64,000 nt of DNA from an uncultured Verrucomicrobiae bacterium (GCA_963707025.1 CAVPOM010000018.1:640001-704000); one strand, 5' to 3'. Counted from the stretch's first letter, positions 46,316 through 56,414 are shown. The notes: generated from the letters alone by a model not told the origin. Numbers and translations: made by a program.

Positions 46316-48091
46316 TTAGGAATTGGCAAACAAACCCGGCGCGGCCAATTTGGCCAGCGCCTGCGACCGGGCCAAGATTTCCTGTCCGGATTCACAGTTC
46401 AAGGAAAAATCGGCCAAGGCCCTGGCATCCTCCATTTTGAGCTGGCGGATCAAGGCTTTCACCTGCGGCACCAGCGAGGGCGCCGTGCTCAACTCGTCCA
46501 CGCCCAATCCCAGCAACAGCGGAGTCAGCGCCGGGTCGCTGGACATTTCCCCGCACAAGCCGCACCAGATGCCGGCGCGGTGCGCGGCGTCGGCCGTCCA
46601 TTTGATCAGGCGCAGGACAGCGGGATGGGTCGGCTGGTAAAGATGGGCGATTTTTTCGTTCAAGCGGTCCACCGCCAGGGAATACTGGATCAAATCGTTG
46701 GTGCCCAGGCTGAAGAACTGGCACCGCCGGGCCAGGGCGTCGGCCGCCAGGGCGGCGGAGGGGATTTCAATCATGGCGCCGGCGTGGATTTTGGGATCGA
46801 AGGGAATATTCTCCCGGCGCAATTCGGCCTTGTATTCCTCCAGCAGGGCGTTGGCCTGTTCCAACTCGCCCAGGCCGGAGATCATGGGATACATGAGCTT
46901 GACGTTCTCTTCCGTGCTGGCGCGGAGAATGGCGCGGAGTTGGGCGCGGAAAATATCGCGTTCCTCCAGGCAAAAGCGGATGGCGCGCCAGCCCAAAAAG
47001 GGGTTCATCTCGACCGGGAGCTTGAGATGGGAAGGGAATTTGTCGCCGCCCAAATCCAGGGTGCGGATGATGACCGGATGCGGTTTCAGGGCGGCGGCCA
47101 ACTGGCGATAAACCTGGAACTGCTCCTCCTCGGTGGGAAGGGACTCGCGGTTGATGAACAAGTACTCGGTGCGGAACAGGCCGACGCCATCGGCTCCGTG
47201 AAACTTGACGGCCTCCAGGTCGCCGATTTGTTCAATGTTGGCGGAGAGGACGATTTTCTTTCCATCCAGCGTGACGGCGGGGAGGAATTGCAACTCGTGC
47301 AATTTATCCTCCAGGGAGACGCGGCGCTTGCTCAATTGCCCGTACTCGAACAAGGTCTGCTCGGAGGGATTGACAATGACCAGCCCGCGGTAACCATCCA
47401 GCAGGGCGTGGGCGCCGCTCTGGATTTTCTGGCTGGCCGCCTGCAATCCCACCACGGCGGGAAGTTGCAGGGAACGGGCCATGATGGCGCTGTGCGAAGT
47501 CTTGCTCCCCACGTCGGTGCCGAAGCCCAGGGTGTTCTTGCGATTGAGCAGGGCCACATCCGAGGGGGGCAAATCTTCCGCGATCAAAATGCACGGCTCC
47601 TGCAGGGGCGGCGGCTCGTGGCGCGGGCGGCGGCCCAGCAAATTATCCAGGATGCGCGAGGTGACATCGCGCATGTCGGCGGCGCGTTCCTGCAAATAGG
47701 CGTCGTTGATGGCGCGCAGGGTGGCCTGATATTTCTCGGCAAATTGGTGGAAGGCGGCCTCCACGTTGATTTTTTTCTGATAAATCAGTTGCGTGACCGA
47801 ATCAATCAGCGTGGGATCTTCCAGCACCAGGAGATGGGCGTCGAAGATGCTGGCGTCCTTGGCGTTCAAGGCCTGGCTGACCTGCCGTTGCACCTCCATG
47901 ATTTGCTGGCGGGTCTCCAGCAGCGCCTGTTGCAGCCGTTGCACCTGGGCGGGCAGGTCTGCTTCCGCCACCTCATATTGCGGCACCTCCACCGCGGCGG
48001 GATGCAGGACCAGCACCTTCCCGTGGCAAACTCCGGCGGAGACGGCAATCCCCTTGTACACACGCTCGCCGCTTTGCGAAGGCTCAGACAT
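46316..48091 (-). CDS. ptsI: PTS enzyme I (PEP-protein phosphotransferase)
   Basis: SKTSHSAIMARSL, GVGLFRTE, RTLDLGGDK, NPFLGWRAIR, GTNDLIQY, CGEM. Confidence 0.95.
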   Translation of the reverse strand: MSEPSQSGERVYKGIAVSAGVCHGKVLVLHPAAVEVPQYEVAEADLPAQVQRLQQALLETRQQIMEVQRQVSQALNAKDASIFDAHLLVLEDPTLIDSVTQLIYQKKINVEAAFHQFAEKYQATLRAINDAYLQERAADMRDVTSRILDNLLGRRPRHEPPPLQEPCILIAEDLPPSDVALLNRKNTLGFGTDVGSKTSHSAIMARSLQLPAVVGLQAASQKIQSGAHALLDGYRGLVIVNPSEQTLFEYGQLSKRRVSLEDKLHELQFLPAVTLDGKKIVLSANIEQIGDLEAVKFHGADGVGLFRTEYLFINRESLPTEEEQFQVYRQLAAALKPHPVIIRTLDLGGDKFPSHLKLPVEMNPFLGWRAIRFCLEERDIFRAQLRAILRASTEENVKLMYPMISGLGELEQANALLEEYKAELRRENIPFDPKIHAGAMIEIPSAALAADALARRCQFFSLGTNDLIQYSLAVDRLNEKIAHLYQPTHPAVLRLIKWTADAAHRAGIWCGLCGEMSSDPALTPLLLGLGVDELSTAPSLVPQVKALIRQLKMEDARALADFSLNCESGQEILARSQALAKLAAPGLFANS

Positions 48092-48394
48092 GGCCAATAC
48101 TTAACGCCAAACCAACCCGTTGCAAAGCAATTCTTCGCAATTTTTCGGATGACACCGTGGTTGGGTGGCGGCGCCGAAGCCTCCGTGGCTGGGGACCACA
48201 GAAAGAGACCTTGATTAGGCGATGATGCGGGACCGGGTTACCGACGATGAGCTTGCACTGGAGGGCCAGAGGAGTGAACATCGGTGCGGCCGGGTCCTCG
48301 GTGAAGCTGTCGCGCCATGCGGGAAGAAAACGATAAAATGCGATTATGCGGGACCCGTTTATGGCTCGTTTAAAGAACCCAGCATCGAAGCGAT

Positions 48395-49558
48395 ATGACA
48401 ACACTAAACATTGAGAATCTGGGCCAGATAAAAGAAGCCAATTTAACCTTTGGCGACCTCACCGTGCTGGTTGGCCCGCAAGCCTCTGGCAAAAGCATCG
48501 CTCTGCAACTTCTGAAGCTGATGGTGGACGCTGGCCACGTGCAGGCGGAACTAGGCCGTTATGGTCTGGATTGGTCGGGCAATCTGCCGGAGTTTTTGGA
48601 TGTCTATTTTGGCGAAGGGATGCGCTCCATCTGGCGGCCACACGGCACATCGGTTGAGTGGGATGGAAGAGCGATTGATCTGCCCAAGTTGGCGGCCCGC
48701 AAGCGGAAGAGCAAGGTGGAGTCGCTGTTTTTCATCCCGGCCCAGCGGGTCCTGGCCTTGCGTGATGGCTGGCCTCGCCCCTTCACGGATTACACCCCTG
48801 GCGACCCATTTGCCGTGCGCGAGTTCAGCGAAAAACTGCGGGTTTTGGTGGAGCAGGAATTTGGCGCAAGTGGCGACCTCTTCCCGCAAGAACGGCGTTT
48901 GAAAAGAGAGTTCCGGGAATTGCTCCAAATGCATGTGTTTTCTGATTTTCATCTGAAAGTGGACAAGTTTCGCTCGCAAAAGCGGCTCGTGCTCGGAGCC
49001 GGTCCGGACGCGGAGTCCCTGCCCTATATGGTTTGGTCGGCGGGCCAGCGCGAGTTTGTGCCGCTACTGCTCGGCCTCTATTGGTTGATGCCTGCCACGA
49101 AAGTTTCAAGACGTGGTGACATCAAATGGGTGGTTTTGGAAGAGTTGGAAATGGGTCTGCATCCGCGAGCGATCTCGGTTGTCATCTTACTGGTTTTTGA
49201 ACTCATGGCTCGTGGTTATCGCGTCTGTCTGTCCACCCATTCGACGCAGGTATTGGATGCTGTTTGGGCGCTGAAACACTTGCGGGAGAACCATGCCGGT
49301 GCCGATGCCCTGCTCAATATCTTCGGAGCGTCCAACAGCCAGCCCATGCAAAAACTGGCCGGTACCGTGATGGAGAGGGAGGTGAGAGTGGTTTACTTCA
49401 ACCGGGAGACCGGGCGAACCAGCGACATTTCCAACCTGGACCCGTCAGCCGAAGGCGAAGGAGAAGGCGGCTGGGGCGGGCTCTCCGAGTTCAGCGGGCG
49501 GGCGAATCAGGCCGTGGCGCGGGCTGTGGCGAATGCAGAACAGGAGGGAGTGACGTGA
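48395..49558 (+). CDS. ABC/AAA_21-type ATPase
   Basis: GPQASGKS, FIPAQR, SAGQRE, LEELEMGLHP, STHS. Confidence 0.88.
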   Translation: MTTLNIENLGQIKEANLTFGDLTVLVGPQASGKSIALQLLKLMVDAGHVQAELGRYGLDWSGNLPEFLDVYFGEGMRSIWRPHGTSVEWDGRAIDLPKLAARKRKSKVESLFFIPAQRVLALRDGWPRPFTDYTPGDPFAVREFSEKLRVLVEQEFGASGDLFPQERRLKREFRELLQMHVFSDFHLKVDKFRSQKRLVLGAGPDAESLPYMVWSAGQREFVPLLLGLYWLMPATKVSRRGDIKWVVLEELEMGLHPRAISVVILLVFELMARGYRVCLSTHSTQVLDAVWALKHLRENHAGADALLNIFGASNSQPMQKLAGTVMEREVRVVYFNRETGRTSDISNLDPSAEGEGEGGWGGLSEFSGRANQAVARAVANAEQEGVT

Positions 49559-50028
49559 CCATAAGGAACGCGGCAGCGCAAACGCCCCATTTGCGGGGGG
49601 CTTGGAAACCGGGCTTGGGAGCCTTGCGGGCACAGGACAAGCCACATGTTGCGGCTCAGGATCCTCGCAAGCTCACCGGTAGCGCAGACCTGGACGCCGC
49701 CCTTCAGAGGCACGAGCCAAACGCGCATCGGTGGGATTTCGCCATTGGCTATGCGCACATCAACCGAAGATTGGAGTGCATTTACTGGGTGGAAATCCAC
49801 ACCGCCAGCGACAGAGAGGTGCGGGTGGTTCTTGACAAGTTGCGCTGGTTGAAACAATGGCTTAACCGCGACGGCCATAGATTGGCTGAGTTCGAACGTG
49901 ATTTTATCTGGGTTTCCAGCGGAGCCACTTCCTTTACTTTAAGTTCCCCGCAGCAAAAGCAGTTCGCGGTTCTGGGACTCCAACACAAGGGGCGAGTCTT
50001 GCGAATTCCAGATGAGCGAGACGTTTGA
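49555..50028 (+). CDS. Hypothetical protein, possible PD-(D/E)xK-like nuclease
   Basis: GTGA overlap with the ATPase stop, GGAGG upstream; RWDFAIGY...WVEIH. Confidence 0.7.
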   Translation: MTIRNAAAQTPHLRGAWKPGLGALRAQDKPHVAAQDPRKLTGSADLDAALQRHEPNAHRWDFAIGYAHINRRLECIYWVEIHTASDREVRVVLDKLRWLKQWLNRDGHRLAEFERDFIWVSSGATSFTLSSPQQKQFAVLGLQHKGRVLRIPDERDV

Positions 50029-50265
50029 TTCAAGGATTCCGGTCATAAGCAGTCTCGAAAATGAACCGGCCCGCCATTCGGCGTGTGATGACCCGTCATC
50101 GTCCCTATCACCGTCGGCTGGAGCACGCCCCTCTCGCTAAGCCTCTCCACTTCGTGGGGGAATTGGCAAACCCCATGGTGGGAGCGTCGAGATGCGCCGC
50201 TGGGAGTTGCATGTCATCATTTGTCTTGAAAAGGGGGGCGCGGGATTTATGGTTGAAAGTCAACT

Positions 50266-51945
50266 ATGAACATTCCCCTCCTTCCAGCCAGGACCGCTGA
50301 AAAATGGATGACAGCACTGTGCGCGATGGTTCTGCTGGCCGGCGGAGTGGTCCGCGCCCAAACCACCCAAATCCGCCTCAACACCATCGGCTTTCTGCCG
50401 GAGGAACCCAAGCAGGCGACCGTCGCCGCCGCGTGCAGCAACTTCACCGTGGTGCGCCTGAGCGACGGCCAGGCGGTCTTCCGCAATGCGGTCGCCGGCC
50501 CGCGCCACAATCCGGACACGGAGGAGGAGCTGTACACGGCCGATTTTTCCGCCCTGCGCGAATTGGGCGCCTTCCAATTGGACGTTCCCGGCGTGGGACG
50601 CTCGGCCCCGTTCCACATCGGCGGCGCCATTTACAACGAAGCCTTTTACACCGTGATGCGCGGCATGTACCTGTGGCGCTGCGGCATGGCCGTCTCCTCC
50701 ACCAACCACGGGATCGTCTATGCCCACGCCGCCTGCCACACCAACGACGCCTGGCTGGATTTCGTGGGCGGCGGCCATGTCAATACGAATGCCACCAAGG
50801 GCTGGCATGACGCGGGGGACTACAACAAATATGTGGTCAACGCGGGGGTGACGGTCGGGGTGATGCTGCGGGCCTGGGAGGACTTCGGGCCGGCCATCCG
50901 GGCCGTGGCCCTCCATCTGCCCGACGCGCGCCCCGGGACCCCGGAATACCTGACCGAAGTCCAATGGGAATTGGAGTGGCTCCTGACCATGCAGGCGGCC
51001 GACGGCTCGGTCTATCACAAGGTGTCCACCCAGGGCTTCGGCGGATTCATCCTGCCGGAGGCGGAAGAGACGCCGCGTTATTTCACGCCCTGGGGCAGCG
51101 CGGCCACGGCGCAATTTGTGGCGATGACGGCGATGGCGGCGCGGGATTACCGCCCCTTCCAACCGGACTTTGCCGAGCAATGCCTGCAGGCGGCGTGGAA
51201 AAGTTACCGCTTCCTCCAGGCCCACCCGCAAGATCATCGCGCCGACCAATCCCAGTTCACCACCGGAACCTACCAGGTCCGTGACGGCGATGGCCGCCTC
51301 TGGGCGGCGGCGGAATTGTGGGAGGCCACCGGCGACGCCGGCTGCCTGAGCGATTTCGAGACGCGGGCCCGGGCCGTCAACGGCGTTTTTGACACGCAGT
51401 GGGATTATGGCAATGTCAAGAATTTGGGCGAACTGACCTACCTCTTTTCCGCCCGCACCGGCCGGGACGAAACGCTCGCCGCCCTGCTGCGCACCAATCT
51501 GCTCGCCGCGGCTGACCGTCTCGTCAAAGCGCGCGACGCGCACGGATACGCGCGGCCGGCGGGCACGGCCTATTCGTGGGGCGGCAATGGCGTGGTGGCG
51601 CGGCAGGTCGTGCTTTTGCAGGCGGCGCACCGGCTTTCGCCCAAGCCGGAGTACGTGACGGCCAGCCTGGACGCGCTGGGGCATCTTTTTGGCCGGAATT
51701 ATTACGGGCGCTCTTTCGTGACGGGCCTCGGATTCCAGCCGCCCTTGCATCCGCACGACCGCCGCTCCGGCGCGCAGCAATTGGCGGAGCCGTGGCCGGG
51801 CTATTTGGTGGGCGGCTCGAATCCGGGGGCGATGAACTGGCAGGACGTGCAGGCCAATTACCGCGTCAACGAGATCGCGATCAACTGGAACTCGGCGCTG
51901 ATCTATGCGCTGGCCGCATTTGTCAGCGGGGCGCAGCCACACTAA
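50266..51945 (+). CDS. Secreted GH9 endoglucanase with N-terminal Ig-like domain
   Basis: Signal peptide, IRLNTIGFLP, GWHDAGDYNKY, HPHDR, NEIAINWN. Confidence 0.92.
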   Translation: MNIPLLPARTAEKWMTALCAMVLLAGGVVRAQTTQIRLNTIGFLPEEPKQATVAAACSNFTVVRLSDGQAVFRNAVAGPRHNPDTEEELYTADFSALRELGAFQLDVPGVGRSAPFHIGGAIYNEAFYTVMRGMYLWRCGMAVSSTNHGIVYAHAACHTNDAWLDFVGGGHVNTNATKGWHDAGDYNKYVVNAGVTVGVMLRAWEDFGPAIRAVALHLPDARPGTPEYLTEVQWELEWLLTMQAADGSVYHKVSTQGFGGFILPEAEETPRYFTPWGSAATAQFVAMTAMAARDYRPFQPDFAEQCLQAAWKSYRFLQAHPQDHRADQSQFTTGTYQVRDGDGRLWAAAELWEATGDAGCLSDFETRARAVNGVFDTQWDYGNVKNLGELTYLFSARTGRDETLAALLRTNLLAAADRLVKARDAHGYARPAGTAYSWGGNGVVARQVVLLQAAHRLSPKPEYVTASLDALGHLFGRNYYGRSFVTGLGFQPPLHPHDRRSGAQQLAEPWPGYLVGGSNPGAMNWQDVQANYRVNEIAINWNSALIYALAAFVSGAQPH

Positions 51946-51959
51946 CTGGAGTCATGGCT

Positions 51960-52035
51960 GGCAGGGCGAGACTCCGTCGAGCCGCGACTTTTTCCAAGGA
52001 AATCGAGTTTCGCCTCGACGGAGTCTCGCCCTGCC
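51960..52035. repeat. Long REP-like inverted repeat between convergent genes
   Basis: 22-bp perfect arms GGCAGGGCGAGACTCCGTCGAG / CTCGACGGAGTCTCGCCCTGCC; a half copy at about 61030-61063. Confidence 0.8.
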
Positions 52036-52103
52036 GTCCTTTTTGTCGCTGACGCATTTACGGCGGATATTCCCGGCCGCGCCTCGGGTATTGTCAAGTA
52101 TAT

Positions 52104-53183
52104 TTACCGCGCGGAAAATGTATACTCCGTCGTGCTTTTGAACGTCTCCCCGGGCCGCAGCACGGTGGAAGGGAAGTTGGCATGGTGGATCGAGTCGGGA
52201 TAATGCTGCGTTTCCAGGCAGTAGGCGCGGGGATTGCCGGTGTAGAGTTGCACTGCCGGCTCGGTCGTGCGCAGTTCCATGACCCGGCCGCTCTGCGGCT
52301 CGCGCACCCGCGCCGCCAGGACCAACGAACCGCCGCCGCCGTTGATGACGAAATTGTGGTCGTAAACGCCGGCCTTGGGCTTGAGCTGGCCGGCGCGGGC
52401 GCCGAGCAGCGCCGGCACGGTGAAATCCAGCGGCGTGCCGGTGACGCTGGCGATTTGGCCCGTCGGAATCAACAGCTCGTCCGCCGGCGTGTAATGGTCC
52501 GCCGCCAGCCACAATTCATGCCCCGACACCCCGCCCGACCCGGCCAGATTGTAATATCCATGGCTGGTCAAATTCACCGGCGTGGCTTTGTCCGTGGCGG
52601 CCTCATAGTCCAGACGCAGTTGGTTGTCGTCGGTCACGGTATAGGTCACGCTGACCGTCAGATTTCCGGGATAGCCTTCCTCCCCGTCCTTGCTCAAGTA
52701 AGTCAGGCGGACGGCGGCGGCGTGTTCCCGGGCGGGCATGGGCTGGGCCTGCCAAACCACCCGGCCGAATCCTTTGACGCCGCCATGAATGGAATGGGGT
52801 CCGGCGTTGGCCGCCAATTTGTGTTCCACCCCGTCCAGAGTAAAGCGGGCGTTGGCGATGCGGTTGGCCACCCGGCCAATGACGGCGGCGGGCGATTGGA
52901 ACCCGTTCAAATAGCGCTCCAGCGAATCGGCGCCCAGCACCACGTTGGTCAAGGCCCCGTTGCGGTCGGGAATCTCCACCTCGTTGAGGATGGCGCCGTA
53001 AGTCATCACTCTGACCAGCATGCCGTGGGCATTGCGCAGGGTGAACTGTTGCACGGGCGTGCCGTCGGGCATTCTGCCAAATTCGCGCTGCTCCAGCCGC
53101 GTCAGCGTTTGGGCGTGCGCGCCCGCCGCCGCGGCCAGCAGGGCGAGAAGCATGCAGGTTGAATACCATCTGCGGGCGTGCAT
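52104..53183 (-). CDS. galM: Aldose 1-epimerase (with signal peptide)
   Basis: IGRVANRI, HSIHGG, GYPGN, NLTSHGYYNL, YDHNF, CLETQHYPDS. Confidence 0.92.
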   Translation of the reverse strand: MHARRWYSTCMLLALLAAAAGAHAQTLTRLEQREFGRMPDGTPVQQFTLRNAHGMLVRVMTYGAILNEVEIPDRNGALTNVVLGADSLERYLNGFQSPAAVIGRVANRIANARFTLDGVEHKLAANAGPHSIHGGVKGFGRVVWQAQPMPAREHAAAVRLTYLSKDGEEGYPGNLTVSVTYTVTDDNQLRLDYEAATDKATPVNLTSHGYYNLAGSGGVSGHELWLAADHYTPADELLIPTGQIASVTGTPLDFTVPALLGARAGQLKPKAGVYDHNFVINGGGGSLVLAARVREPQSGRVMELRTTEPAVQLYTGNPRAYCLETQHYPDSIHHANFPSTVLRPGETFKSTTEYTFSAR

Positions 53184-53254
53184 GAGTGAATGGTTAATGC
53201 AGCGGAGGTCTCAATGCAAACTGTAATGCGCCGGTTTGGGTGCGCAACGGATAC

Positions 53255-53689
53255 TCAAGGCGCTGTAATTCTGCCGGTCAGTTGTCCGGCGAGTTGCGTG
53301 AAATCGCGGACATTGAATGTGTAAATCCGGTCTGCCCCGCATTTCTCAGCACACGTCAGATGAAGCACATCATAGGCTTTCCCGCCGACAACGTTGTTTT
53401 GCCCAAGCTTCCAAGACAGTTGGCTGTATTCGTTGCCCGTCAGAGCCACCACAGAAAAGTGCTTGACGATGTTGTCGGCAATCAGCCTGGCGGCTTGCAT
53501 TGAGGAGATTCTTGGCACGCGCGGCAGCCGCGTGAGGATGGCATGCGCTTCCAAAAGACTGTGCGCGCTCACAAAGCCTTCCGCCTTCCCTGTGTGGACC
53601 GTTTGAACGACCGGCAGGGCGCGAGCATGATGTTCGTGGTCGGCAATGCAGGCCGCCACCAGCACGTTGGTATCAAGGAAATACTTCAT
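53255..53689 (-). CDS. PIN-domain VapC toxin
   Basis: FLDTNVLV, SLLE, YDVLH, TFNVRDF. Confidence 0.88.
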   Translation of the reverse strand: MKYFLDTNVLVAACIADHEHHARALPVVQTVHTGKAEGFVSAHSLLEAHAILTRLPRVPRISSMQAARLIADNIVKHFSVVALTGNEYSQLSWKLGQNNVVGGKAYDVLHLTCAEKCGADRIYTFNVRDFTQLAGQLTGRITAP

Positions 53690-53976
53690 CTGTGGCGCAG
53701 TTTCGGTGTGCCGGTCGGGATTCTTGCCTCGCGATCCTGTTCCAGGAGTTCATTGACTTTGGCGGTGGTAATCGGTTCTGCAAAACCACCCGTGAACACC
53801 AAAACGCTCCCCTTCCGAATAAGTTCTCCGCCGGTATCCGCAGGCTCAAGCCTGAAACCGTTTCCCTCCACCGACAGGCGAAGCTTGTCGCCTGGCAGAA
53901 GATTGAACTGCTCCCGCAGCGGCTTGGGCAGCACCACTCGTCCTGCCTTGTCCATTTGAATCGTTTCGTTCTTCAT
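53686..53976 (-). CDS. AbrB-family VapB antitoxin
   Basis: MDKAGRVVLPKPLRE; ATGA overlap with the toxin; operator CCATTTGTC-AGA-GACAAATGG at 53990-54010. Confidence 0.88.
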   Translation of the reverse strand: MKNETIQMDKAGRVVLPKPLREQFNLLPGDKLRLSVEGNGFRLEPADTGGELIRKGSVLVFTGGFAEPITTAKVNELLEQDREARIPTGTPKLRHR

Positions 53977-54091
53977 GCCATTTAAAATACCATTTGTCAG
54001 AGACAAATGGAAGCAATCTTTTTTGCCTCGTCATGCGGGCGTTTCGCCCCCTTTCCGGGTTCCGATTTCACCATTCACAATTCCAAATTCA

Positions 54092-54223
54092 CTATTCCCC
54101 GCCCAGCCTTTGGCGATGCCGCCGCAAAATTTTCGCCAACGCCCCCTCCGTCTCCTTATTCCCGGACGACCGAATCCGCCCCATCACCTCCGACCGCTTC
54201 GCTTTGTAGAAAACATCAGGCAC
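54092..54223 (-). pseudogene. vsr: N-terminal remnant of Vsr very-short-patch repair endonuclease
   Basis: (M)PDVFYKAKRSEVMGRIRSSGNKETEGALAKILRRH, then loss of similarity and a stop beside an ATTCACN-type heptamer repeat. Confidence 0.75.
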
Positions 54224-54233
54224 AAATCAAACT

Positions 54234-55028
54234 TTAACGCTCGAAAATCTCCTCTCGGTGGTAGCGGAGAAACTCCGGGTTGGGTTCGGCTAGCTTGTGA
54301 GGCAGATCAATTGGCTTTCCCTCGAAAGGCACGAAGTTCTGTTCCAGAGTGACTTGTGGAAAGAAGCTTTTCAGCCGCTTGCTTAAGACAACACTCAATT
54401 TCTCGTCGAGCGTGATTAGCCCGGAATCAAAGGCCGCGTCGTGGAGGGCCGACAAGCAAAGTCCGTTGCACGGTTCGAGGCGCTCGCCCGGAAAATCACG
54501 CCACGGTTTGATGTGGCTGGCAATGAGCAGACGCGGGATGTTGATGCCACTGATGCAGCAACGCACCCCGTAAGCATTGAGGATCGCTTGCCGGAAAAAC
54601 TGCTGGCCGCGCCGCACCGGCACCGTAGCGGCAACTTCCGTCGGGCCGCCCGGCGGAGCAAGCCGAATCCGATCCCTCCCCAGAAAATCCAGTTCCTTTT
54701 CTTGGTCGTTGGTGAACAGGTCGTGCATCAATTCCTCGCTCACAACTCCCAAAGTCGTGATCTGCGCGTGAAACTCGTTCCAAACTTCATGGTCTTGTCG
54801 GCTCGCGCCGGGCAAGCCTCTGATGCCGCGTGCCTGTTGCACCGGATCAAGCGAAGCGAAGTTGCACAATTTCATGGCCAGGCTGCTTGCGGTTCGTCCC
54901 ATTTTGGAGGCAACTTCCATGATAATTGGATTGCCCCGGTGCAGTTTTCCGAAGGGCAATTTGCAGTACAGATTCAACGCGATAAGGCAATGTTCGCGCG
55001 TCCATCTCACGTTGGGTGCTTTGCTCAT
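54234..55028 (-). CDS. HNH endonuclease
   Basis: RRGQQFFR, CCISG, ASHIKPW, NGLCLSALHDAAFD; N-terminal WTRE...LYCKLPFG domain. Confidence 0.9.
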   Translation of the reverse strand: MSKAPNVRWTREHCLIALNLYCKLPFGKLHRGNPIIMEVASKMGRTASSLAMKLCNFASLDPVQQARGIRGLPGASRQDHEVWNEFHAQITTLGVVSEELMHDLFTNDQEKELDFLGRDRIRLAPPGGPTEVAATVPVRRGQQFFRQAILNAYGVRCCISGINIPRLLIASHIKPWRDFPGERLEPCNGLCLSALHDAAFDSGLITLDEKLSVVLSKRLKSFFPQVTLEQNFVPFEGKPIDLPHKLAEPNPEFLRYHREEIFER

Positions 55029-55031
55029 CTT

Positions 55032-55454
55032 TCAATCGTAAAGGTAATCGGGCTCGTCTGCTTGACGTGCTTCGTTTGTCAGGAGGTAGCCGATACGGTT
55101 GACGTAGTGAAAGCCGGGTGAAATCCACCACAATCCTTCGCATTCAATGAGCGTCCAGAGATTTTCGGATGGCGCGTTTCGCACCATTTCCCATTCCGCA
55201 CCAACCCACCCAAAAGAACAACCGTCCAGAGCGGCAGAAGCGTCGAAAGGATTCTTCATGAGAGTGAAAGGTTGCCCGAATTCGTCGAAGTCGGGATATT
55301 CCCCGTCGAGCTCAACACGGGGTTCGAGACTGACTGGTATCTCCAGTTCCTTTGCACGCCTCAGGGCATCTGCGAGCGCCTCTGCGGCATTATCCCCTTC
55401 TTGGAATGCAGGAGGCTCATCGTCAGAGAACGCGACCATGAAAACTCTTTTCAT
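55032..55454 (-). CDS. Acidic hypothetical protein
   Basis: Clean ORF ending 3 nt before the HNH start; WTLIE..ISPGFHYVNRIGY. Confidence 0.65.
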   Translation of the reverse strand: MKRVFMVAFSDDEPPAFQEGDNAAEALADALRRAKELEIPVSLEPRVELDGEYPDFDEFGQPFTLMKNPFDASAALDGCSFGWVGAEWEMVRNAPSENLWTLIECEGLWWISPGFHYVNRIGYLLTNEARQADEPDYLYD

Positions 55455-55523
55455 TTCTCGCAATATTCTCTCAATTCTACAGCAGGCTGGCAACAGCGAC
55501 TTTTTAAAAACCGTTGTCTCAGA

Positions 55524-55643
55524 TCAACCATCAGAGCAGGAGGCCGCGGTTTCCGCGAGTTTTTCCTGGGTCAGCCCTCGCCCTTCGCGCAGGCGGCGGA
55601 CGTTTCGCCCAAGGGCGGAAAGGACTGTGTCACGATTCGGCAT
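55524..55643 (-). pseudogene. Truncated XRE-HTH controller (C-protein-like)
   Basis: MPNRDTVLSALGRNVRRLREGRGLTQEKLAE, then breaks off before the recognition helix. Confidence 0.7.
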
Positions 55644-55692
55644 GACTGATAGTCCATGCCGAAAAAGGCGGGAAGTCTATGGACTATGAGTC
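55644..55692 (-). promoter_or_regulatory. C-box-like operators (GACT-N3-AGTC)
   Basis: GACTGATAGTC at 55644-55654 abutting the ATG; GACTATGAGTC at 55682-55692. Confidence 0.7.
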
Positions 55693-55734
55693 AAGTTGAG
55701 GCGGAACGAAGAAAGCGACCGACGGAGATTATTT

Positions 55735-55845
55735 GAGCCAGTGGATTTTGATTTCCTTTTCCAGCGGCTTGAACTCAGGGTCGCCGGTGACGAGTTCGGT
55801 TTTCCTGTCCTTGGCCAGCGCGGCGGCAAAGGCGTCGGCCAGGCT
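55735..55845 (-). repeat. Duplicated vapC 3' end (direct repeat of 56685-56795)
   Basis: 106/111 identical; shorter degenerate copies at 57689-57733 and 58578-58613. Confidence 0.9.
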
Positions 55846-55859
55846 GGTGGCGAGTTCGT

Positions 55860-56414
55860 TCATGAGGTCTTCTTGCGCCCGGTGTGGAAGCCGATTTCGC
55901 GCCGCGGTAGCTCGGGGGGAGCCAGGAGGGGACGAATCTTGTCATAAAGGTCGCGCAGAGCACCGTCGTGGCCGAGCAGCACCTTCTCGATGTCCGCGAG
56001 GCGCCGCGCCATATCCTGGTTGCGGGCGAGCGCGGAACGCATTTTGACGAAGGCCCGGATGACGTAAACGCTCATCTCGACTGCGCGCGGGCTCTTCAGC
56101 AGGTTGGCCGCCATCAGAGCGCCATGCTCGGTGAAGGCATGGGGCGGGTACTTGCGATGCCGGCCTCGACCGGGCTTTAAGATCGCAGTTTGCGATCTTA
56201 AAGAATGGAGTTTCGCCCACTCTTCTTTAGTAAGGCGAAACATGAAATCTTCGGGAAAGCGGTCGCGGTTTCTCCTGACCGCCTCGTTGAAGCGGAAAGT
56301 CGGCACTCCATAGATGCCGGCCAGATCCGTGTCGAGAATCACTTTCTGATCACGCAATGAAAGGATGAGCTTATCAAGATCGGGGAGGAGTGCGGGTCGG
56401 GTGATCTTTTTCAT
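55860..56414 (-). CDS. ORF6N-domain DNA-binding protein
   Basis: RDQKVILDTDLAGIYGV, VRRNRDRFPEDFMF, AFTEHGALM, IGF. Confidence 0.9.
   Translation of the reverse strand: MKKITRPALLPDLDKLILSLRDQKVILDTDLAGIYGVPTFRFNEAVRRNRDRFPEDFMFRLTKEEWAKLHSLRSQTAILKPGRGRHRKYPPHAFTEHGALMAANLLKSPRAVEMSVYVIRAFVKMRSALARNQDMARRLADIEKVLLGHDGALRDLYDKIRPLLAPPELPRREIGFHTGRKKTS

Noticed and set aside
48100..48390. ncRNA or tRNA upstream of the ATPase
   Set aside because: No cloverleaf or recognisable RNA motif; no tRNA or rRNA was seen anywhere in the window.
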